Source: Candidatus Saccharimonadales bacterium (GTDB lineage: Bacteria > Patescibacteriota > Saccharimonadia > Saccharimonadales > JBBQAJ01). Taken from it: a DNA stretch of 55,015 nt. A program made the translations under genes and the position numbers. Below, piece after piece: positions 8,653 through 17,956 of the stretch. The stretch lies in contig JBBRAK010000008.1 in NCBI GenBank assembly GCA_038206875.1, positions 1 to 55,015 of the forward strand, written 5' to 3'. The number at the start of each line of letters is the position of its first letter. Position 1 is the first letter of the stretch. The notes under the pieces are model-generated. The model saw only the letters and a program-made list of their open reading frames with translations, was not told where the DNA came from and searched no databases.

Positions 8653-11133
8653 TTATTCGGATACTTTGGAATATTCTAGGTCTGACTTTTTGGCAGTAAT
8701 TTTGACTATGTCACCTTTTTGGAATTTACTATCAAGGAGCTCCGTTGCGATGTGATCCTCCAATGTATCTTGTAGCAATCTCCTCATGGGACGCACTCCA
8801 TTTTTTGCATCATATCCGTTTTTTAGTAAATATTCTTTGGCGCTTGCAGTTAATTGAAGACCAATCCCGTGTTTGACAAGTCTTTGACGAAGTTCGTTAA
8901 TTTGCAAATCTAATATGCTCAAAATATCTTTTTTCGTAAGTGCTCTAAAGACTATAGTTTTATCAATTCTATTCAACAATTCTGGCCGCATCATTTTTTT
9001 GAGTGCATCGTTGACTTTATCTTTATTTGCTTGATGTAGACTGTCCAGGTCATCCATGTCCGCGCCTGAACCGACCTGAAATCCTAAAACTGCTTCTTTT
9101 TGAAGTCTTTCTGCACCAATATTGCTTGTCATGATGATTATTGTGTTGCTAAAGTCGATTTTGCGTCCTTTGGCATCTGTTAGAGTGCCATCTTCTAGCA
9201 CTTGTAGGAGCATGTTGAAAACATCCGGATGTGCTTTTTCGATTTCGTCAAAAAGTACTAGACTATACGGTTGTCGACGAATTTTGTCAGTCAACTGACC
9301 GCCATCGTCATATCCAACATAGCCAGCAGGCGCACCGACAAGACGCGAAACGTTGTGGTGCTCATTGAACTCGCTCATATCAATTTTTACCAAAGAGTCT
9401 TCTGACCCAAAAAATTCACGTGCTAAAACTCGAGCAAGTTCCGTCTTGCCAACTCCTGTTGGTCCTAAGAATATGAATGAACCAATTGGTCTACCTTCAG
9501 CTCCGACACCAGAACGATTACGACGAACGGCCCTGGAAACAGCGCTAACCGCTTCACTCTGACCTATCACATGCTTACTAAGGTTTTTTTCTAGATTAAG
9601 TAGATATTTTGCCTCAGAACGTATAACTTTGCTTACCGGCACACCTGTCATTCGAGCAACTACGTCTGCAACGTCATCGCTACTCATGGTGAGCCTTTTG
9701 GTGGACTTTCCGCTTGCTTCTAGCTTCTTCAAATCTTCCGATATCTGGCTGGCACGTTGTTTGAACTTTGCTGCTTTTTCATACTCTTCGTTGTCAGCAG
9801 CGATTTCGCGTCGAGAATTTATTAGCTTTAATTCTTTTTGTAACTTTCGAACTTCTGGTGGAGTAATGCCCTTGTCTATTCGCAAGTATGCTGCTGTTTC
9901 ATCCAATAAATCGATTGCTTTGTCTGGCATAAACCTGTCGTTAATGTACCTTTTTGACAAAGTAACAGTGTCTTCCAATACTTCGTCGCTCACTTTGACT
10001 CCATGGAAAGCTTCGTAGTGCCGGCGGAGGCCTTTTAAGATAGCATATGTTTCTGGAACGGTTGTTTCTGGAACTATTACTGGCTGAAAACGACGCTCCA
10101 GTGCTGCGTCTTTTTCGATATGTTTCGTATACTCTACGGTTGTAGTTGCCCCTACAAGCTGGATTTTGCCCCTTGCCAAAGCTGGCTTCAATATATTTCC
10201 GGCGTCCATGGCGCCTTCTGCAGCGCCTGCACCAACAATCAAATGTAGTTCATCTATAAAAACAATCGCCTTTTTATCTTGCTCCAGCTCAGCCATAACT
10301 TTTTTTAATCGTTCTTCAAACTCCCCACGATACTTTGTACCCGCAATCATACCGGCTAAATCGAGCATGATTATTCTTTTGTCTAGCAAACTATCTGGGA
10401 CATCTTCGCTAACAATCCTTTGGGCCAAACCTTCGACTATGGCTGTTTTACCGACACCCGGTTCGCCAATCAATACTGGGTTGTTTTTGGTACGACGATT
10501 TAGTATGGTAACTACTCGCTTTATTTGCGGTTCTCTACCAACAACTGGATCTAGTTTGCCCTGTCTTGCCATACTGGTCAAGTCCGAACCATAAAAATCG
10601 AGTGCTGTTTTCCGCTGTTTTTTGCTTCGTTTCCTATCGCCAGTTGCTATATCGTTATCTTCTTCGTATTGCTGACGGTTTAGGAACTGCTCTAGTTCAT
10701 TGTTTAGTGCATCAACATTCACATTCATATCCGTCAGGAGCTTTGTTGCTCGAGCGTTTTTCTGACTTAAAATACTATATAAAATATGTTCCGTACCTGT
10801 GTACTCTTGACTGAATTCTTGTGCTACGTCTTGAGCCATTTTGAGTGTAAGTTTGGCAGTTTCGCTAAGTCCTTTTCCACCGAGATTGATAACAAGTGTC
10901 TTTGGTGTCAAATTCAGCACTAATCGAGCTCTGTCCAGACTTACCCCCGCATCTGAAAGAATCTTCGCCCCCATACTACTGTCCTGGGCTAGTACACCTA
11001 ATAGTAGGTGCTCAGTCCCAACATACGCTGCACCAAAACTTCGAGCAATTGCATCTGCATGCTTAAGACTACTTAGTGCATTGTCAGTTAGGTGATTTAA
11101 AAATTCTTGAAAATCTGGTGATTGCGGCATCAT
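8653..11133 (-). CDS. clpC: ATP-dependent Clp protease ATP-binding subunit ClpC
   Basis: Two Clp-N repeats, GEPGVGKT and GPTGVGKT Walker A motifs, short UVR coiled coil, LGF ClpP-docking loop. Confidence 0.93.
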   Translation of the reverse strand: MMPQSPDFQEFLNHLTDNALSSLKHADAIARSFGAAYVGTEHLLLGVLAQDSSMGAKILSDAGVSLDRARLVLNLTPKTLVINLGGKGLSETAKLTLKMAQDVAQEFSQEYTGTEHILYSILSQKNARATKLLTDMNVNVDALNNELEQFLNRQQYEEDNDIATGDRKRSKKQRKTALDFYGSDLTSMARQGKLDPVVGREPQIKRVVTILNRRTKNNPVLIGEPGVGKTAIVEGLAQRIVSEDVPDSLLDKRIIMLDLAGMIAGTKYRGEFEERLKKVMAELEQDKKAIVFIDELHLIVGAGAAEGAMDAGNILKPALARGKIQLVGATTTVEYTKHIEKDAALERRFQPVIVPETTVPETYAILKGLRRHYEAFHGVKVSDEVLEDTVTLSKRYINDRFMPDKAIDLLDETAAYLRIDKGITPPEVRKLQKELKLINSRREIAADNEEYEKAAKFKQRASQISEDLKKLEASGKSTKRLTMSSDDVADVVARMTGVPVSKVIRSEAKYLLNLEKNLSKHVIGQSEAVSAVSRAVRRNRSGVGAEGRPIGSFIFLGPTGVGKTELARVLAREFFGSEDSLVKIDMSEFNEHHNVSRLVGAPAGYVGYDDGGQLTDKIRRQPYSLVLFDEIEKAHPDVFNMLLQVLEDGTLTDAKGRKIDFSNTIIIMTSNIGAERLQKEAVLGFQVGSGADMDDLDSLHQANKDKVNDALKKMMRPELLNRIDKTIVFRALTKKDILSILDLQINELRQRLVKHGIGLQLTASAKEYLLKNGYDAKNGVRPMRRLLQDTLEDHIATELLDSKFQKGDIVKITAKKSDLEYSKVSE

Positions 11134-11187
11134 ATGTTTGTACCCATCCTTATTAACGATTATTCATGTGCGATATCGCTAACAACT

Positions 11188-11215
11188 ATTATAGCAATTA
11201 GCACTCACAGGTCAA
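11188..11215 (-). promoter_or_regulatory. Sigma70-type promoter of clpC
   Basis: TTGACC (11215-11210), 16 nt spacer, TATAAT (11193-11188) with a TG extension. Confidence 0.7.
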
Positions 11216-11224
11216 GAGTGCTAA
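11198..11224. promoter_or_regulatory. CIRCE element (HrcA operator) upstream of clpC
   Basis: Perfect TTAGCACTC-N9(acaggtcaa)-GAGTGCTAA. Confidence 0.93.
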
Positions 11225-11266
11225 TACTAGGGTATTGTTCTTATTTATGTTCAGAAATTGTCTGAT

Positions 11267-12433
11267 TTATTTATTTTCGGTGCCGTGTTCTTCTATTGCC
11301 TCTAGCAGGGAACTTTCAAGCTGTTCCTTTTTCTTAAGCTTTTGTACTACTGGTTTTGAGCTTTCTTCTTTGGGCTCTGGCTCTGTTAAAGAGTCTTGCT
11401 CGGCATTTATATCAAGCTCATACCCAGTCAGCTTGCTGGCTAGGCGTACGTTTTGGCCACTTTTTCCAATTGCAATACTTAGCTGGTCCTCAGGAACTAT
11501 CACTTTGCCTTTCTTGGTTGCTTCGTCCAGAACTACTCTGGTAACTTTGGTAGGACTTAGGGCGTTTGTAATATATGTAGCTGGATCGTCGTTATATACA
11601 ACGATATCTATCTTTTCTTGTTCTCCAACTTCACTCATGACGGCGTTTACTCTGGTTCCGTGACCGCCAACAAATGTGCCAACAGGATCAACACCAGGCA
11701 CGCTACTTGCAACGGCTATCTTACTCCGAACACCAGGCTCTCTAGCAATATTTTTAATTTCTACAGCACCGTTCTCCATTTCTGGTACTTCTCCTCGGAA
11801 AAGCCATTCAATAAACTGGTTGTTACCACGTGATACCACTAGTTGTGGACCTCGAAAACCACGTTCAACGTCTTTCAAGAAAACCTTCAAGCGTTGTCCG
11901 GGGTAGTATCGTTCTCCCTGAATTTGTTCGCTTCTGGGCATAATTCCCTGGGCTTTACCCAGTTCTACCCGAACAATGTTGCCTTCAACACGACCAACAA
12001 TACCATTTACAACCGTCCCAATTTTGTCTTCGTATTCGGCCATAATAATTTCTCGTTCAGCTTCTCTTAAGCGCTGGAGAATAACCTGTTTTGCGGTCTG
12101 TGCAGCAACCCGACCAAATGACTCGATTTTTTGAAATATTTCAATCATGTCCCCGATTTTGGCGTTTTTCTTCATTGCCTGAGCATCGCTCAAGCTTATT
12201 TCGAAGTTATCATCCCCCACGAGCTTGACAACTTCTTTTGTAACATATGCATCAACCTCGCCATTATTTAGATTCATCGTAACTCGCACTTCCTGCTCTC
12301 TCTCTCCATAATCACGGCGATATGCTGCAGCTAAAGCTTGTTCAACAATTTCTTGTACTACGTCTTCAGGCAAGTTTTTCTCTTCTGCGATGGTTTTTAC
12401 CGCTAGAGCTAGTCCCTTTATGTCTAAGTCCAT
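11267..12433 (-). CDS. nusA: Transcription factor NusA
   Basis: FGRVAAQTAKQ, S1 and KH domains (AREPGVRSK, AIGKSGQNVRLA). Start moved to ATG 12433, which follows an AAGGAG SD. Confidence 0.97.
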   Translation of the reverse strand: MDLDIKGLALAVKTIAEEKNLPEDVVQEIVEQALAAAYRRDYGEREQEVRVTMNLNNGEVDAYVTKEVVKLVGDDNFEISLSDAQAMKKNAKIGDMIEIFQKIESFGRVAAQTAKQVILQRLREAEREIIMAEYEDKIGTVVNGIVGRVEGNIVRVELGKAQGIMPRSEQIQGERYYPGQRLKVFLKDVERGFRGPQLVVSRGNNQFIEWLFRGEVPEMENGAVEIKNIAREPGVRSKIAVASSVPGVDPVGTFVGGHGTRVNAVMSEVGEQEKIDIVVYNDDPATYITNALSPTKVTRVVLDEATKKGKVIVPEDQLSIAIGKSGQNVRLASKLTGYELDINAEQDSLTEPEPKEESSKPVVQKLKKKEQLESSLLEAIEEHGTENK

Positions 12434-12455
12434 TTTTTCTCCTTCTTTATTTATC

Positions 12456-12481
12456 AAAAAATCCGACCTGCTGGCCGGATT
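12456..12481 (-). terminator. Intrinsic terminator-like hairpin in the nusA 5' leader
   Basis: Minus strand AATCCGGCC-AGCA-GGTCGGATT followed by a T-run, lying between the promoter and the SD. Confidence 0.7.
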
Positions 12482-12492
12482 GAACAAGTATC

Positions 12493-12521
12493 AGTATAGA
12501 CTTGCCACGGTGTGTTGTCAA
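12493..12521 (-). promoter_or_regulatory. Near-consensus sigma70 promoter of nusA
   Basis: TTGACA (12521-12516), 17 nt spacer, TATACT (12498-12493). Confidence 0.8.
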
Positions 12522-12564
12522 TCGGACTGCAAATTGTGATTCCATGTCTGTTAAAATATATTCA

Positions 12565-15174
12565 ATGACAAAGGACGTAAAAAGGCTGTTCGGACAGTTT
12601 CAGCCTACAAAATATATCTTGGACATAGTAGTCGACAGAGACAACATGACTTTTAGTGGCATGGTAATAGTAAGTGGCACAAGAAGTGGTCGACCCAGCA
12701 ACAGACTTACATTTCATCAAAATGGCCTTAAAATAACTTCGTGTCATTTGGTAAAGAATGAGAAGCAAGGTGATCACGAGATTAATGTCGATAGGATTAA
12801 TCATCACAAAAAATTTGATGAAGTTCGTTTGCATTCATCTCAAGCTTTACACAGCGGTCAATATACAGTGAAGATGGAGTTTTCTGGAGTTATATCCAGA
12901 CATATGAATGGCATATATCCATGTTTTTTTGAAAAAGGCGGCGTGGAGCAAAAAATTATAGCCACTCAGTTCGAAAGCCATCACGCACGAGAAGTATTCC
13001 CTTGCGTCGATGAACCAGAAGCAAAAGCAGTTTTCGAACTGACACTTACCAGCCCAGCAGGTGAAGCCGTTCTGTCCAACACCCCAATAAAAAATCAAAA
13101 AACTTCAAATAAGAGTTTCATTACAAAATTTCAGCCTACGCCTCGCATGTCTACATATTTATTGGCATTTGTTTTTGGGAATTTGGAGTTCAAACAGGCA
13201 AAAACCAAAAACGGTGTCGTTGTTAGAGCATATGCTACACCCGACAATGTAGAATTTACCAAATTTGCTCTGGAAATTGCCGTAAAGTGCCTTGATTTTT
13301 ATAACGAATACTTTGGCATTGACTACCCTTTGGACAAATGTGATTTGATTGCTTTACCTGATTTTGCAAGTGGTGCCATGGAAAACTGGGGGTGTATCAC
13401 ATTTCGAGAGTACGCCATGTTGTTAGACCCCAATAACTCAACATTATCTACCAAACAATATGTCGCACTTGTAGTTGCTCATGAGCTAACTCACCAATGG
13501 TTTGGTAATTTGGTTACAATGCGATGGTGGACCGACCTATGGCTTAACGAGGGCTTTGCTAGCTGGATGGAATATTTGGCAATAGACCATTTGTTTCCCG
13601 ACTGGCAGTTGTGGACACAGTTTGCGGTTGACGAACAACAGCAGGCTTTGAAGCTAGACGCTCTAGAAAATACTCATCCAATAGAAGTTCCAGTACATCA
13701 TCCTGACGAAATTCGGACAATCTTCGACACTATAAGCTATAGCAAAGGTGCGAGCGTTATAAACATGCTCCATGACTACATGGGACCGGATGCTTTTCGG
13801 GACGGGCTTCGCCATTATTTGCAAACTTACAAATACAAAAACACAGACACGGTCGATCTTTGGACAAGCTTGGAGGAAATATCTGGAAAACCGGTGAACG
13901 AATTTATGCACAAATGGACAAGTTTGCCGGGATTTCCAGCACTTGAGGTTAATGTAGACGAAAACAAAGTTAGTATTGAGCAGTCTCGCTTCTTTGCCAA
14001 CCCCAAACACAAAAAAATTGATTACTCGCTATGGCCAGTTCCACTACTTGGAGACCAAGACACTGTCAGCACGCTAGCGACAAAATCTACTAGCCTGGAA
14101 ATTATAAATCCTCAAATTTTAAAGCTTAATCAAGGTCAAAGTGGGTTTTACCGAGTAACATACAACGCCACCCACGTTCAAACATTAGGACAACTTATTA
14201 AAAAAGGTCGCATAAGCCCATTGGACAGATTAGGGATTTTGACAGATTTGTTTGAAACGGCGAAAGCTGGAAAATATGACACAGTAGACACGCTGAATTT
14301 TTTAAAAAACTTCGCTCACGAAAATAATTATGCAGTTTGGGACAGCATTGCTAGCCTAATTGGTAGCGTACGACTTGTCATGGGTGACGACGAACTAAGA
14401 AAAGTCATGAAACCATTTGTACGGAAACTGGTTACTCCCGAGCTCAACCGACTTGGATGGGAAAGAAACAGCAACGATAGCCATTTTGACTTACTGCTAC
14501 GTCCGATTATTTTAGGACTCGCGGCTAGCGCAGATGATACCTTTGTTGTGAATCAATGCAAAAAACTTTTTGAACAGATTGTAAATTTGGAAGCAAAAGA
14601 CACAAATCCCGAGTCATCAACGAGCGAGAAAAGACCTCTCCCGAATATGCATTTTGACCCTGACTTGCGAGGCATTGTGTATGGGACAGTTGCTAGGCTT
14701 GGTGGAGCAAAAGAGTTTAATAAATTACTATCCCTTCACAACAAATCAAGGCTCAGCGAAGAGCGAACTTCTTTAGCTGCAGCTTTAACAGGTTTTAAAC
14801 AGCCAAGCTTGGTGGAGCGTGCCCTTGCAGAAATCACCACCAAAACTGTACGTTTACAGGATGTTTCATATTGGATTGCTTACAGTTTTATGAATAGGCA
14901 TGCTAGGGATTTGACTTGGGAATGGATGCAAATCAATTGGGGCTGGCTTAGTGAAAACCTAGGCACTGATTTGGCTTTTTACAGAATGCCGATGTACTCG
15001 GCGCGAGTTTTCAGTGATAAAACGTTCATTAAAAAATTCAGAGATTTCTTTTTACCAAAAATGTCACCGGCGCTTGAACGTTCATATAAACAAGGATTAG
15101 AAATTTTGGAAATTCAAACCGACTGGAAAATAAGAGATCAAAAAGAAGTAAAATCGTTCTTCAAAAATCAATAA
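12565..15174 (+). CDS. pepN: M1 family aminopeptidase N
   Basis: GAMENWG, HELTHQW...WLNEG, ERAP1-like C-terminus. Start placed at ATG 12565, with TAAAAT 7 nt upstream. Confidence 0.95.
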   Translation: MTKDVKRLFGQFQPTKYILDIVVDRDNMTFSGMVIVSGTRSGRPSNRLTFHQNGLKITSCHLVKNEKQGDHEINVDRINHHKKFDEVRLHSSQALHSGQYTVKMEFSGVISRHMNGIYPCFFEKGGVEQKIIATQFESHHAREVFPCVDEPEAKAVFELTLTSPAGEAVLSNTPIKNQKTSNKSFITKFQPTPRMSTYLLAFVFGNLEFKQAKTKNGVVVRAYATPDNVEFTKFALEIAVKCLDFYNEYFGIDYPLDKCDLIALPDFASGAMENWGCITFREYAMLLDPNNSTLSTKQYVALVVAHELTHQWFGNLVTMRWWTDLWLNEGFASWMEYLAIDHLFPDWQLWTQFAVDEQQQALKLDALENTHPIEVPVHHPDEIRTIFDTISYSKGASVINMLHDYMGPDAFRDGLRHYLQTYKYKNTDTVDLWTSLEEISGKPVNEFMHKWTSLPGFPALEVNVDENKVSIEQSRFFANPKHKKIDYSLWPVPLLGDQDTVSTLATKSTSLEIINPQILKLNQGQSGFYRVTYNATHVQTLGQLIKKGRISPLDRLGILTDLFETAKAGKYDTVDTLNFLKNFAHENNYAVWDSIASLIGSVRLVMGDDELRKVMKPFVRKLVTPELNRLGWERNSNDSHFDLLLRPIILGLAASADDTFVVNQCKKLFEQIVNLEAKDTNPESSTSEKRPLPNMHFDPDLRGIVYGTVARLGGAKEFNKLLSLHNKSRLSEERTSLAAALTGFKQPSLVERALAEITTKTVRLQDVSYWIAYSFMNRHARDLTWEWMQINWGWLSENLGTDLAFYRMPMYSARVFSDKTFIKKFRDFFLPKMSPALERSYKQGLEILEIQTDWKIRDQKEVKSFFKNQ

Positions 15175-15178
15175 CCAC

Positions 15179-15238
15179 TAATCACATTTTCCCTCTCTGT
15201 AAAAGGTCCGACCTTTTGAAGTGTTGTTTTTGTGATTT
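15179..15238. repeat. REP-like palindromic repeat, copy 3 of 3
   Basis: 39 nt identical to copy 2 (aatcacattttccctctctgtaaaaggtccgaccttttg); the 3' part resembles copy 1. Confidence 0.9.
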
Positions 15239-15580
15239 TTATATGTCTATTACAAAGTTGGTGTCTTGATAGTTGTTTCCGGTGATTTCAATGGCTGAAA
15301 GTTGGTAATCACCGACCCATTCGTTTTTGGAGCACCACAATTCAGCCGCGAACGACATTTGTTTTTGCTTGTTTTTTGTTATGTATTCCAGACCAGATCC
15401 AAAAAGAGTTGATTTACGATACTTTACTTCTACAAAATATATAGTTTTCGATTTTTCAGCAACAATATCAATTTCACAATATTTGGTTCGCCAGTTTATA
15501 TCTCTAATCTTGTAGCCCTCCCTCAAGAGATAAGCCGACGCAACCTGTTCTGCATGATGACCGACAGAATAATTTGTCAC
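15239..15580 (-). CDS. yraN: YraN family (UPF0102) putative endonuclease
   Basis: G..AE..A..YL, NWR...EIDIVA, FVEVKYR; adjacent to rnhB. Confidence 0.9.
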   Translation of the reverse strand: MTNYSVGHHAEQVASAYLLREGYKIRDINWRTKYCEIDIVAEKSKTIYFVEVKYRKSTLFGSGLEYITKNKQKQMSFAAELWCSKNEWVGDYQLSAIEITGNNYQDTNFVIDI

Positions 15581-16143
15581 GCCAGTAATTTTTGTATGGG
15601 CTTAAAACTTCTTCTATGTAAATTGGTAACTCCGTGTTTTTTAAGCATATTGAGATGTAAGTCTGTGCCGTATCCAACGTGTTTTTCGAAACTGTATTCT
15701 GGATAGAATTGTCCAATTCGTTCCATATGATTATCGCGAGTCACTTTAGCGTAGACACTGGCAGCGCTTACTATTGGACTTAGTTTGTCTGCTTTAGGCA
15801 CTACATCAACCTGTGTAAATTCTGGTGGGCAGTAGTTTACGATTCCGTCCAAAATTATATGCTCGTCAAGCATAGTGCCCAGTTCCATGAGAGCGCGACT
15901 AACACCTAAGTACATTGCTCGCGCAAGCCCAATAGAATCTATTTCATGTGGTTGCACCCAGCCCTCTCCTACGTTACATGTGTCCAAAATCTTATCATAG
16001 AAATATTCACGTTGTTTTTTAGTCAAATCCTTGGAGTCAGTCAGACCAGTTGGTAATATTCTATTCGCTCTGGCGGCGACAACGAGCAAGGGTCCAGCCC
16101 ATGATCCTCTGCCAACTTCGTCTATCCCAACTAACATGTTCAT
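15577..16143 (-). CDS. rnhB: Ribonuclease HII
   Basis: GIDEVGRG, DSK, AASVYAKVTRD, GYGT, HRRSF. Confidence 0.96.
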   Translation of the reverse strand: MNMLVGIDEVGRGSWAGPLLVVAARANRILPTGLTDSKDLTKKQREYFYDKILDTCNVGEGWVQPHEIDSIGLARAMYLGVSRALMELGTMLDEHIILDGIVNYCPPEFTQVDVVPKADKLSPIVSAASVYAKVTRDNHMERIGQFYPEYSFEKHVGYGTDLHLNMLKKHGVTNLHRRSFKPIQKLLA

Positions 16144-16157
16144 GAAGACATAGTATC

Positions 16158-16181
16158 AAAAAACCACTCAAAATGAGTGGT
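16158..16181 (-). terminator. Intrinsic terminator of rplS
   Basis: Minus strand ACCACTCA-TTT-TGAGTGGT followed by TTTTT. Confidence 0.8.
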
Positions 16182-16200
16182 CATTGTTTATAATGCGAAA

Positions 16201-16740
16201 CTATTTTGCTTTGACTTCTTCTGCTACAGAATCATGTGCTTTGAGTGCTTCTTCAACTTTTGCTTCTTTGAGCGCGTCTTCTTTGGCTTTCTCGGCCGAT
16301 TCTTCCGCATGTTGTTTTGCCTGGAGTTCTTTTGCATCTGCTTCAGTTTTTTCAGCTTCATCATCACGAACGGTGTTTACTGAGTCTTTGTCAAAATTCA
16401 TTCCTGTTAGACGAGCTGATTTGCCAGTTCGCTGGCGCATATATGTTAGATAATTTCTACGTACCTTACTTCGTTTTGTAACTTCGACTTTGACTACCAA
16501 TGGGCTATGTAACATAAACGCTTTTTCTACTCCCACTCCACTTGAAATTCGTCGCACGGTGATCCGGCTAGTGTGACTGCCTTTTCTGTCCGTTCTTATG
16601 ACAAGTCCCTGAAATATTTGGATACGTTCTTTGTTACCTTCGCGAATTTTTTGGTGAACTTTTACCGTATCACCTGAACGAACGTCAACAACTTGCGTTT
16701 TTCTGTATTTTGCATTTATCTTCTGTATAACTGATTCCAT
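16201..16740 (-). CDS. rplS: 50S ribosomal protein bL19 with C-terminal extension
   Basis: GDTVKVH.KIREGNKERIQIFQG, VRRISSGVGVEK, KVRRNYL; ATG 16740 is the likely start. Confidence 0.96.
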   Translation of the reverse strand: MESVIQKINAKYRKTQVVDVRSGDTVKVHQKIREGNKERIQIFQGLVIRTDRKGSHTSRITVRRISSGVGVEKAFMLHSPLVVKVEVTKRSKVRRNYLTYMRQRTGKSARLTGMNFDKDSVNTVRDDEAEKTEADAKELQAKQHAEESAEKAKEDALKEAKVEEALKAHDSVAEEVKAK

Positions 16741-16816
16741 GACCAAATCAGATTACACCAATCTGTTAAATTTTGCAATACTTTAAGACCTGCTCACAAT
16801 AACGTATCATAGTAAA

Positions 16817-17950
16817 ATGGATTTCTCTGAAGAAGCACTGAAAAAGCATAAAGAACTTGGTGGCAAGATTGGTATACAGCTGAAGGACAAGCTCGATAGT
16901 TTAGAGAAGCTTAGTATTTATTACACACCTGGCGTGGGTGCGGTAAGTAGTTATGTAGCAGAACATCTTAACGAAGCGAGAGATTACACTTGGTTAAATA
17001 ATTCAGTTGCGGTCGTTTCAGACGGATCGGCGGTTTTGGGTCTGGGCAATCTAGGACCTTTTGGGGCACTACCTGTTATGGAGGGTAAATCCATGTTGTT
17101 TAAGCATTTCGCAGGCATAGATGCCGTACCCATAGTTCTAGATGTTCACAAACCAGAAGAAATTGTGGCTGCTGTTATAGCGATTGCCCCAAGTTTTGGT
17201 GCAATTAATCTGGAAGACATAGCGTCACCCCAATGTTTTTATATCGAGGAACAGCTCAAAGCCGCTCTAGATATTCCTGTCATGCACGACGATCAACATG
17301 GTACGGCGATTGTTGTCCTGGCAGGCCTTATAAATGCCATGAAGGTAGTCGGGAAAAGCTTACATGATTGCCGAATTGTTATAGCTGGTGCTGGTGCGGC
17401 AGGCACTGCAGTTATAAAACTTCTAGACGTTTACGCAAAACCAATGATGCTTGCTGTAGACAGTCAAGGTATTGTAAGCCGTAACAGAGAGGGCTTGACC
17501 CTAGAAAAACGAGAACTTTTAAGCTTTACAAACACAAATGGGCAGGATGGTAGTTTAGACGATGCGCTGGTCGGCGCGGATGTTTTTATTGGTGTATCAA
17601 AAGGAGGCTTGCTAACTCGTGATATGGTAAAGACTATGGCGAGGGACCCGATTATTTTTGCCATGGCAAATCCATTACCGGAAATTATGCCGACTGAAGC
17701 GAAAATGGCAGGCGCTGTAGTGATTGCAACTGGTAGAAGTGATTTCCCAAACCAAATCAACAACGCGCTTGCTTTTCCTGGTATATTCCGTGGAGCATTA
17801 GACAATCGTGTTAATAGGATTTCAGTTCAACACAAGGTTTCGACCGCAGAGTCGATTGCTAAGCTAGTAGAAAGTCCTACAGCAGACAATATTATCCCTA
17901 GTATCTTGGACACTCGCCTAGTTCCAGCAATCGCAAAAGTGATAATTTGA
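16817..17950 (+). CDS. NAD(P)-dependent malic enzyme
   Basis: YYTPGV, VMEGK, INLEDI, HDDQHGT, GAGAAG, ATGRSDFPNQ. Confidence 0.93.
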   Translation: MDFSEEALKKHKELGGKIGIQLKDKLDSLEKLSIYYTPGVGAVSSYVAEHLNEARDYTWLNNSVAVVSDGSAVLGLGNLGPFGALPVMEGKSMLFKHFAGIDAVPIVLDVHKPEEIVAAVIAIAPSFGAINLEDIASPQCFYIEEQLKAALDIPVMHDDQHGTAIVVLAGLINAMKVVGKSLHDCRIVIAGAGAAGTAVIKLLDVYAKPMMLAVDSQGIVSRNREGLTLEKRELLSFTNTNGQDGSLDDALVGADVFIGVSKGGLLTRDMVKTMARDPIIFAMANPLPEIMPTEAKMAGAVVIATGRSDFPNQINNALAFPGIFRGALDNRVNRISVQHKVSTAESIAKLVESPTADNIIPSILDTRLVPAIAKVII

Positions 17951-17956
17951 ACTTTC

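Noticed and set aside
12434-12564. ORF-track N-terminal extensions of nusA (12487) and pepN (12502)
   Set aside because: They overlap promoter and terminator signals; internal ATGs have better support
1010-15238. The three repeats as a CRISPR array
   Set aside because: Copies are 6-8 kb apart with no spacer structure, and no cas genes are present
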